Origin: the human T2T-CHM13v2.0 reference genome, Homo sapiens
DNA length: 64,000 nucleotides
Direction: 5' to 3' (one strand)
Assembly: GCF_009914755.1 (NCBI RefSeq)
Contig: NC_060931.1
The notes below the pieces were generated by a model. It saw only the letters and a list, made by a program, of their open reading frames with translations, was not told where the DNA came from and made no database searches. This document shows positions 49,990 through 64,000 of the stretch, piece after piece; within the stretch, counting starts at the first letter, position 1, and each line of letters starts with the position of its first letter. Both the position numbers and the translations under genes were made by a program.

Positions 49990-51250
49990 CACGTCAGGGG
50001 CAAAGGCTGAGTGGGCAGATGGGGGGCTGCCACCCCTCCTCACGCCCGGCTTGGGACCAGCCTGGAGTCTCAAGCCGAAACCCCTCACGCGGGTGGGCAC
50101 ACAATGCCCGGCGTGTCGCCTGGGCCTCCTCGGAGGTGCTTTAACAGGCTCTTGCGCTTTTGAACGGCCCTCCTGGACTCTGATCTGTTTAAACTAGAGG
50201 CGTTAATAAGTGATAACCTGGATCTGCCCTCCTTGGAAGCTGCCTGCCTATATTTTATTGTTTAAAATAAATAAAAATGGTGCCCCGGGAGAGAAGATGG
50301 GGTTGTTTCCTTTTTCCTCTGGCTCTGCCCCGAGAAAGAGGGCGGGATCCTCACGGCTCACAGTGGGGAGGGTCTTTCGTCGGCCGCCGGCTCGCCTCGG
50401 AGGGCCTGGACCACTGGACCGCCCTTCCCCGGGGCCCTGCCGCGGGACCGCGGGCTTCTGGCTCCTCCTGGGGCTGCGTCCGTATGCGCGGAGCGTGTGG
50501 CCGGGCCGTCGCCGCGCCACCCCACCTGAGTCCGCCGGCCAGCGCGGGGACGCACCGGGCAGCGTGTGTTTGGCGACCCTCCCGCACCTCTGGTCTCAGT
50601 TGCGTGTGTGCACGAGGGGTTCCATAGGGCCCAGGGATGCTTGGTACCCACGGGGGAGAATCCCTCGCCGAACCCTGCGGGTCTGCGGGGCGGGCCGCGA
50701 GACTGGCGCGCAAAAGCGGCTCCAAGGCGGGGCTCCCGCGCTCCCCGGGGCCGGCTTGCCGAGTCCAAGTTGAGCAACCGGCGTCGAGAGAGACACCGCC
50801 CCTGCTGCGGGCGGGGGCCTCTCCTCGCTTCCGATTGGCTGACGGGGGGAACCTATCGCCGTCGGCCGCCTCCGCCAGAGCGGTTTGCTGGTTTTCATTC
50901 ATTGGCCCCGGAGCCGCCCCTGGATTTCCATCTTTTGTGGCGCGAAAATAACCCTTTGCTCCCTCGTTGGTTTTGTTGAGGTTGAGGGGTGGGACTGTGT
51001 TCCCCTCTGCTCGCTCTCGTTTTTCCTGCCCTTTAACAGCTCGCCCCCAGCCCCAACCCCCAAGGAAGAAAGAGGGAGGTAACGCTGAGGAAGGGTGGAA
51101 AGCAGTTCTGCGTCCGTGGGTGGAGCCCGCCCCTTGGCTGACCGCATGGTGCCCGCACGGTCCCTTCCCTTCCCCCAGCGTCCAGCGCCCGGAGGTTCTG
51201 GATTTGCGCCATGCTCAGCAGCTGGAGTCACATCTTCGTTTCCCTGCCCA
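49990..51250. promoter_or_regulatory. Second CpG island about 3.5 kb upstream of IGF2BP3, promoter-like
   Basis: CpG-dense block in AT-rich surroundings. GC box 50809-50816, ATTGG 50834-50838 and 50901-50905, E2F-type GCGCGAAA 50940-50947. Confidence 0.8.
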
Positions 51251-53898
51251 TTTCCAACATCTTAGAGTTGATGCGTCCTTTTTTACTTAAAACAACTACA
51301 ACCAACCATGTTCTCAGGTACCAGAACTTTTCTGGGCTTCTAGAGAAATCGACTCGCCCTGCCCGCTCCCTTCCTAAACCCCTTTGTGGTCCACAGGGTT
51401 GTTTTAAGCAAAATCAAACAACCCCTCCAAAAAAAGCAAACGAAAAATTCCGGGTAAAATCAACTATGCTGAGACCACGTTTTCGTTGAAGCTGCCCTAA
51501 GACCAATGAAGCTGAGACCGACCTTCAAGGATTAACGATTTCTGTAGCTGAAATGTTCTAATTTCACTGACGTTTGGTGGAGACGGTGAGAAAAAATAAA
51601 TATGAATTTGACTTGGAAAAGCACAAAACAAACGAAATAATAATATTTAATTTGATTAACTGAAAAGGCAAACAGCCACAGTGGTGTATTCTAGGTACTG
51701 GTGTCTTTGGTGAGTTTGTAATTATATAAATAAATTGCTGTTGGTTTCATCAAAAATACAGATCAGAACTCTGGCCGTGACAAAAAAGGAAGGAAGTATA
51801 AATTTGTTTGGTATATCTAATTTTATAACAGACTTTACCAACCTTTCATTATCTGGAGAAAAGGAAATGTACCAGTTAACAATATAAGTTAATTTGTTTG
51901 CAGATAATTGTTCATTTTTTGTCTTGACAAAATACTCTGTTTGGTTAAAAACGGTAAAATGATAATTCAGTAAATATTTAAAACTTTGAGAGAATTGGTT
52001 TAAATCAGGGAGTTCAAAGATTTTCTCTGTGTTGTTTACTCTTAGTGATGTTACATCTTGTGATGTTACATCTTCTTCTGAGTGCTTTTGAAAAAATTAT
52101 TAGTTCTGTGTTAGTCTCTAAAAACTAAAGTAACATAAATTGCCATGTACCAAAATTTTAAAACAAATTTTAACAACTGAATTGGTTAGTAAAGAAAAAC
52201 TACTTTAAAGTAGAAGTAATCATTAAACATATTTTATTTACATTTGTATATTTCAACTACATTTCACTAATGTGGTTGATAGTATTTTTGAACTTGTCAT
52301 GTAAAATTATTCATCAGAAACATTAGAATAACTTAGAAATGGTTTGAGTTGAGTAAATTAATTAAAACTTAAGGACTGAATTTGTAGTATGCTAAAGATT
52401 ATAGAGTTAATAATTTAAATAATCCTTTATCACCTAAGAAATTTAAATTGTGAAGATATGATTATTTGTGAAATGATTCTAGGTTGCAATTTATATATTC
52501 AATTATTTTTATATTTTGGAAATGATACAGTAGAAAACTATTGAGGAATTTATTAGAGAAAATTGTGATTGTAAAAAAAAAGTCAAAATTAATCATTTAG
52601 ACAAGCCAAGACTCTAAAACCTGGTATATTTTTTAATGTTTTCTCAAAATCAAAGATTTATACAATCAATATTTTAAAAAAACAAACAAAAAACTGTTCT
52701 GTTTGAGAGAAACTCATTTTTTAAATTTTCAACTACTAAGTCAGGAATTGGAATTTTTATCTGGTAAACATGCATAGTTGTTAAAGTAGTAGATAAGCAT
52801 GAGTACTTTTATTGGAATTATATCCTGTATTAATACTACTTCACTTAGGTGAAAACTTTAAAATACTCATTCTTCTGGAGAGGGGGTGGGAAGGATGAGA
52901 CCTTCAATAAAGACTCTTTGGTGATTAGTGTGTACATATGTATTTGCAGACCAGCCATAGAAAACAGAGGGTAGGCATTTGTTTAGGGGTAATAGGGGGA
53001 GGGGTCTGGGGAAACTGGAAAGATTAGGGTATTTAATCTTGTTTCTTGGTTGCAACTCATTTATCCTGCAGGTTTCCTTGCTCAGTGTGGAAGGAAGAGG
53101 GTAGAGAGAGAATGTATTAACTAATGGTGTAAAATGGGAAAGTAATCCATGCATGAAATCCTACTGGAAAGAACAGTAAGAACCCACTCTCCCCACTAAA
53201 ATAATCTGAAAACAAAGCACATGCTGAGGTTATGGCTAGTTTTCAGCACTCTCTAACACCTACATTTAAAAGACACGTGCTAGGTTGCTGTGTTCATATT
53301 TGGACCCTTTGTTTTCTTGACCATTTCTATTCCAGAAACTAATTCCAAAAATCTCAGGAATTAAAGATTCTTTAATAAAACAGCAGATCTCATGACATAT
53401 ATTTACATACACATTAACTCTTTCTAGGCAGTCTTTAAGGTAAATTGATGAATGCCTCATGCTATCTATAAATGTAAAGTTAATTTTTAGATGTACTAAG
53501 GCAGAATCAATTTTACAATTCCTTACTTGCAAGATGATAATAGATCATAACCATTTCCATTTGGACTGATTAAAATTCATTCCTTCTTTATTTTAGTTTA
53601 CATTTTGGTCCTAAGCTGCTCTCTAGCATGATGATCCTAGCTTTAAAGAGGGAAACAGCAGGCTAAGTAAGGGGTTTTTGTTTTTTGGTTCTAGTTCAAA
53701 AATCTCAGCTGAAGTTCATAAAGAATCTGAGCGCATAAGATAAAGTAGAGAAAAACAAAACTTAATCATCTTTCTCACAATCTACACTATAAAAAATTTG
53801 TCCTGAAATTCATGCCTAACATACTTCTACTGAAACATTGACTTCTTTTTTTATATATATAGAGGATTGTTTAAATATAAACACATGTATATTCTTAA

Positions 53899-53966
53899 TC
53901 TGTGTATATTCTTAATCCCCAATGTGATTGTTGGCACTATCACATTGGGGATTAAGAATACACAGA
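53899..53966. repeat. Perfect 22-bp inverted repeat with 10-nt spacer (hairpin)
   Basis: tattcttaatccccaatgtgat (53907-53928) / atcacattggggattaagaata (53939-53960), extended by tctgtg/cacaga after a 2-nt bulge. Confidence 0.92.
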
Positions 53967-56473
53967 GAGAGAGAGAGTTTTTCTTGCTTTTTCTCAACTG
54001 ACTTAAATTTCATGATCAATTATTTCTAAGTTGACAATACTAGTGCCTTCTTAAAGGCAAAATTTTGTTTGAACTGAGGTTTAATTTAATACCAATAATT
54101 GGATCTGATTGATAATTTCCAATTCTTGATTGATTTTGTTTTGGTGGGTGGGGGAGGGGTCTTGTGTCATTCATTGAAGCAGTTTTTCTGTTTTTTAATA
54201 CTTTTTTATTTGTAGGGTAAACTACTCATATATTATTTGTAACTTAAAATCTTTTTCCTACCACTTTCCAAGACTTGAAGAATAATTTAAAAGTAACTAA
54301 ATCTTACTTATAAGATTTGAATAAAGACTTTTTAAATTGTGTACAACTTAATATAAATAAATATGAAATATTTTGTGTTTTAATCATCCATTAAGCTGAA
54401 ATAACTGCATGGTCCCTTTTTTATAAGTAGCCTAAATCTAATCCAGCTATTAGAAATCTAATTCATAAAAAAGATACCAACGAAGTAACAATTCATAAAA
54501 GCCAAAAAAATCAGTTTTTGTTATAACAGAAATAGATACTGTTTCTGTCATCTGGTGAACATTTTGTTATTAGACAATTAAGTACAGAATGACATTACCA
54601 TGTTTTGTTTTCGTTTGTTCAAAATTGCCTAGAATTTTGTCCCTTGACTCTGTTACCATATATCTGATGGTAATTTCTTTGCTTTTGTATTTCTTTGCTA
54701 CCAAGATTCAAATAATATCTTTGCTTTTCATTTAAATAAATATCTGTAAAAAGCCAAATAGAAAATAAACTGAAGCATCAAAAGTTGTAGTGTAGTACAC
54801 TGTAAGTGCTTATTTCTGCAACCATAGTGATATATTCAAGTTTTATTTTAATCTCGTCAATATAGTGACTTTTTTAAAAAGATTAAATTGAATTTTGTTT
54901 TAAATATTAATTAAGCAAAAAAAAAGTCGAGTAGATGTTTTAATTCAATGAAATAGACAATAGGGCGAAAGGTAACATTACTCTGTTCCCTCAACAACAA
55001 CAGATCTTCCAGTTGAGGGCAGTTTTGTCGGATATGGAATGAACTCAGTGTGTGCACTTGGACATATGAATATATGCACATATTTCTGCTGAGAAGCCCT
55101 TTAGAGAGATTAGTGAAGGAGAAAAGCAAGATAGAACTTGTGTTCAAATTCTGAGGTTGCAGGTTAAAACAAGCAAGGCAAGCACTACTTTTAAAGTGTT
55201 TTCTTAACCATCAGAATACTTCAGTATGATGTCTTTAAAGCTGGGGAGATAAGACTAACAAAACAGTATAGATTGAACTGAAATTACGATGCTACTAGTA
55301 TATCACCATTAGAACTTACATCATATAAATGTGTTTTCCATTTTATGTCTTTCTATAACTCGTTTTCTATTTAAAATATATGTAGTTAGTATTATACATA
55401 TAAAACATCCATCAACATTATTAAAACATGAACGTAAGCAGTTTAAAAATTGGTAGAAATAATACGGGTCACATATTTTGAAGTTAAATTTATCTCGAAA
55501 ATATGAAGTTATCACAAATCCTTTCTGTTGGATTGTTCTACCACTTCTATTTGTGTACATTATCCATAATAGATACATTAATCAAAATAAGCAGTGTTAT
55601 TTGAAAAAATGTCTCTATAAAAAAAAGAGCTAAAGATAGATACTGGTCTGTTCTTGTCGTGAAAACAACAATGGTTTTTGAAACTTAAATAAGGAGAGAA
55701 AACTCAGATTTAAGTGAAGTGTGGGTCCTGTTATTTACTGTCTTTATTGGGGGTTAGGAGAGCTGAGATTAAACTGTAATGTTGCTTCAGGAATGACTAC
55801 CAACAAAGTTTTAAGTTGCTATAAATGAAGAATATTATTTCAGTCAAATGATAGCCCCTTCCTGTTATTCTTTAAAATAATTATTTCCTTGTTTATTAAA
55901 TATCCTTAAATTATTTCATTGCAAAGTGAGGGGAAGTCATATTGTATTAGGATAACCAAACATTTTAACACTTTGAGCCTCTAAATGGATGAAGAATGCC
56001 CATTGCTTTTTAAACAAACCAAAACAAAAACAAAAAAAAGTTTATCTTTGTTACAATAAGTGATGCATTTATCTTCTTTCTTTACCTATGGCAATGTTCT
56101 GCTAACATAGTAATAAGCTGAGTTACTCTCTGGATGTGGCAATTAATAGAAATAAATATATTACAGTGAAGCACAGAGAGGATATATAAGCAAAAAAAAT
56201 AAAAACATCAGATTTATGGAACTCTGGATTAAGCTAAAATTTAGAGTATCTTCTTACAACCAAATCCAGTGATCAAGCTTATAGTCTTTAAAACCTGTAA
56301 CAAAGTAAAAACTTGAAAGTATTGTTAATATGCAGTTATTACTAATTATGATAAAAATCTATTTGTGGTTTTGTTTAATGTAACTATATAATATAAAATA
56401 CAATTATTTTGTTTTTAAAGGTTTTTTCCCATGTTTCTTTCGAGTAAATTCAAAAACTTGAAAGTTAAACTGA

Positions 56474-56881
<408 letters not shown>

Positions 56882-57165
56882 CTAACTGACAGCCAGGTGC
56901 AGTGGCTCACGCCTGTAATCCCAGCACTGTGGGAGGCCGAGGCAGTCAGATCGCCTGAGGTCAGGAGTTCGAGACCAGCCTGGCCAACATGTTGAAACCC
57001 CGTCTCGCCCTCCCCCCCAAGCTGTTTTTCTAGCATGTTGCCCTTTTTCAACCACATTTGTGTTTCAGGTGTAGAGAGGAGAGTGAACAGGGAGCGGGGC
57101 TTTTGTCTGTTGGTCTCCCTGGACTGAAGAGAGGGAGAATAGAAGCCAAGACTAAGATTCTCAAA

Positions 57166-57372
57166 ATGGTTTATTACCCAGAACTCTTTCTCTGGGTCAG
57201 TCAAGAACCATTTCCAAACAAGGACATGGAGGGAAGGCTTCCTAAGGGAAGACTTCCTGTCCCAAAGGAAGTGAACTACAAGAAGAACGATGAGACAAAC
57301 GCTGCCTCCCTGACTCTACTGGGCAGCAGTGAACTCCGCTCCCCAAGAATCAGTTACCTCCACTTTTTTTAA
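57166..57372 (+). CDS. Intact 68-aa P311/NREP-like ORF inside the retrocopy (expression unknown)
   Basis: MVYYPELFLWVSQEPFPNKDMEGRLPKGRLPVPKEVNYKKNDETNAASLTLLGSSELRSPRISYLHFF*. Same length as P311, no stop or frameshift, about 3 substitutions against the P311 sequence as I recall it. The confidence reflects doubt that it is translated. Confidence 0.45.
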   Translation: MVYYPELFLWVSQEPFPNKDMEGRLPKGRLPVPKEVNYKKNDETNAASLTLLGSSELRSPRISYLHFF

Positions 57373-57903
57373 TCGTAACACCTCCATTTGTATTACATAC
57401 GGTGTATGGGTATTCATGAGGTCATGGTACCATATATGGGATTTTTTTCTGTGTAAATCATTAAGTATAAGAGGAAACTATGGGACTCTGAGCCTTGCTT
57501 TAGAGAATTTACAGTGGACAAATAGGTATCATCAAACCAGTTTTTAATCATTCTGACCCAAGTGAAAATGCTCAGAATTTCACACTGTGAATCCACGTTT
57601 ACAACCCTTACAGGTGGGCCTTCAGGCCTGGTTCGCTACAACAATGTCTTCCACAACTCAAATTCCCACCGCGTTCACACAACCAGTGCACTCCTGCCTT
57701 TTCACTCACACAGCTCCCGACCGCTTCTTGCAGAGGCTGAGAGTCCCCCCCTTTTTTTTCATTTAGATGTAACAAACCTAGTAGTTTATGTTTATCAATT
57801 GTCTGTATATCTCTATATTTTATCCATGTACTCTTGATGTATAGACATAGTTTGAAACTCGTTTCCTTGTGGTAAGTGACCGAGATGCTGCCACAGGACC
57901 TGA

Positions 57904-57923
57904 GACACTGATGAATGGTGCTA
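57904..57923 (+). promoter_or_regulatory. Extended miR-29b site (NREP TDMD trigger) retained in the retrocopy 3'UTR
   Basis: GACACTGATGAATGGTGCTA pairs with miR-29b-3p (UAGCACCAUUUGAAAUCAGUGUU) at nt 1-11 (one G:U) and nt 15-23 (one G:U), with a 3-nt bulge in the miRNA. Confidence 0.85.
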
Positions 57924-59727
57924 TTTTGGACTTTCATCATGCTCCTTGGCGAGGTAGCTCTGATGGGGTTATTTTTTATTTCCATGTTCTAAGAAGGTGT
58001 TGGTACTCTGTTTCGCTGAATGTTTTTCTCTAGACTGGATTGACTTGTTTTCCTTGTGTCTTCAGTGTGGCTTTCTTCCTCAGTGTTGTAGGTTGAGCGA
58101 ATGCTACCGGAGTGTGAGAGACGATTGTCTCATTGGCTGGCACTCACGGACATGCAGTCACGGTAGCGGGAGCAATCACAAAACTGTAATTTACTTACCA
58201 AATCTCTTCCTTTCTATAGCCTCGCCTGCCTGACTTACAGAAAGAAAAGCAATAATTTTACAGGCATTTTGAGGTGTCTCTTTGGGTTCTTTCTGTTTGA
58301 AAGGATATTTGTGGAAAAAAAGAGCAAAACCTTTTTAAATAAATTCCCCCTGAAAAAAACCCAAAACACTGGCATCTGAGTAGGAATATGGAAATGACAC
58401 CTTTTCCAAATATTACATTGGAAAACAATGTCTTTACAAAATCACAATACTTTTTTAAAAGGCAGAGCATTCTTTTTTTGGCAATTTTGATAAGCAAGGT
58501 ATAGGTTTACATTTTTGTCCTTGCTCCCAACGAAATGGATAAACAAAAATAAAATACCATCTACTCATGGAATGTTGTTGTGTTAGCCAGTCTGAACGCC
58601 CACCTTAATTTTCATATAACTGTCTTTCAGCTCTTCTTTTGATAGGACAGCCCTTGTTCTGAACTGTTATGCTTCTGACTGTTAAACACTGATGACGCAT
58701 GCACTGCACTTCTTCGTTTTCTTGCTCCCCCATTGGCCTGAGTTTCTTGTGCATTCCTCCTCTCCCTCCTTCGTTAGAATAGGTATATCAGCTGTGTAAA
58801 TAGAGCAAGAAAACAGTATTCTGCATCCGTGGTATTTATGTAGAGTTGCAGTTGTGTACTGCTGAAAATGCAGGCTTTTGTAACAGTGTGATCTTTACTG
58901 ATGCACTCATGACAAGTACCCAATGTATTTTAGCTATTTTAGTAGTATTTGTTCAATAAATATGCAAGCTGTTAGGTAAAAAGAAAAAAAAAAAAGAACT
59001 CTGTCTCCACTGAAAATACAAAAATTAGCTGGGCGTGGTGGCACGCACCTGTAGTCCCAGCTACTTAGGAGGCTGAGGCAGGAGAATTGCTTGAACCTGG
59101 GAAGCGGAGGTTGCAGTGAGCCGAGATCACACCATTGCAAAAAGCTCATAAAACAAGTTTTGCTGATTTTTTTTTAAAAAAAATCTTACAGGTAATGTAA
59201 GGACATTGGAGATTTTGATTGTATATGTATGTAGCTGATTAGAGGTTGGGTATTCAAACAAATTCATTTTGAAAACAATACCTTTGAAGAAAATTGCCAC
59301 TTCGGCATTATCAAAGTGATTCTGCAATGTAAAATGAAGTAATAGATTCTGGATTTTGAATCCTGCTATGGACATACCGATATAAATATGCAAATATAGT
59401 CTTGTTTTCAAAAGCCAGTCTAGAGTGCATGTAGTCAAGAAATCAGACTCTGACATAAAGGGAAGTCAAAGTGTTTAAAGCACTTGTAACTGGAAAAGAA
59501 CGCATAACTGGAAGGTATCTTCCAGTTACATCTACTATAGTAAATAGTACATCCATTATAGTAAATATTAGGTTACAATTTCACTAAAATATAATTTTGG
59601 TAGTTAAGATTTTATCTTTGGAAGTGTATGCTTTTAGCACTTTTTATTTAATAAAAAGAGAGATTGAGGCAATGTGTGTTACAGCCTAGTACTAGAAGAC
59701 TCAGTAGGAAGATACAATATTTACCCG

Positions 59728-62140
<2,413 letters not shown>

Positions 62141-62227
62141 AAGAAAATGTATTGTTTTACTTGGATTGTTGAGACAAATTTCTTATATTTGTCCAGGATG
62201 TCGGCTCGTGTTAATGGCTGGCATTAA

Positions 62228-64000
<1,773 letters not shown>

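Larger units (their letters stand above)
57007..58996 (+). pseudogene. Processed retrocopy of NREP (P311/C5orf13); probably the locus known as LOC389473
   Basis: Intronless 5'UTR + ORF + ~1.6 kb 3'UTR. AATAAA at 58955-58960, A-tail at about 58978-58996, imperfect 12-bp TSD (aaaccccgtctc 56995-57006 / gaactctgtctc 58997-59008). Confidence 0.93.
56892..59138 (+). mobile_element. Single Alu split by the NREP retrocopy (56892-57006 and 59009-59138)
   Basis: The left arm stops at ...gaaaccccgtctc and the consensus resumes (cactgaaaatacaaaaattagc) right after the retrocopy tail and TSD. Confidence 0.88.

Noticed and set aside
50210-51290. Overlapping 100-187 aa ORFs in the second CpG island
   Set aside because: Same GC artefact, with ORFs open on both strands in several frames.
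57058-57165. In-frame 36-aa N-terminal extension of the NREP-like ORF
   Set aside because: It starts at TTG overlapping the acceptor-like sequence, with no ATG. Most simply it is open 5'UTR.
58685-58693. AACACTGAT, complementary to miR-29b nt 15-23
   Set aside because: There is no adjacent seed match, so it is not a credible second site.

Overview
Primate (very probably human 7p15.3) DNA containing the 5' end of IGF2BP3 on the minus strand: promoter CpG island, coding exon 1 (46522-46348), intron 1, exon 2 (44954-44894) and about 45 kb of very Alu-dense intron 2 that runs off the window start (exon 3 is not in the window). Upstream of the gene lie a second CpG island with NF-Y/Sp/E2F motifs (about 50.0-51.25 kb) and a 13.7 kb Alu-free block. 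Further out is a ~2 kb processed copy of NREP (P311/C5orf13) on the + strand (57007-58996), inserted into the middle of an Alu. The retrocopy keeps an uninterrupted 68-codon ORF, a poly(A) signal, a splice-acceptor-like 5' end and the extended miR-29b site that triggers target-directed miRNA degradation (TDMD) in the parent gene. This is the most interesting element. Also present: a U7 snRNA retrocopy antisense in intron 2, a palindrome-rich 114-bp tandem repeat, a perfect 22-bp hairpin and a long spaced inverted repeat. Nearly all ORFs in the supplied track are Alu- or GC-content artefacts. Gene and repeat identities come from recalled sequences, not a database search, and repeat boundaries are approximate.
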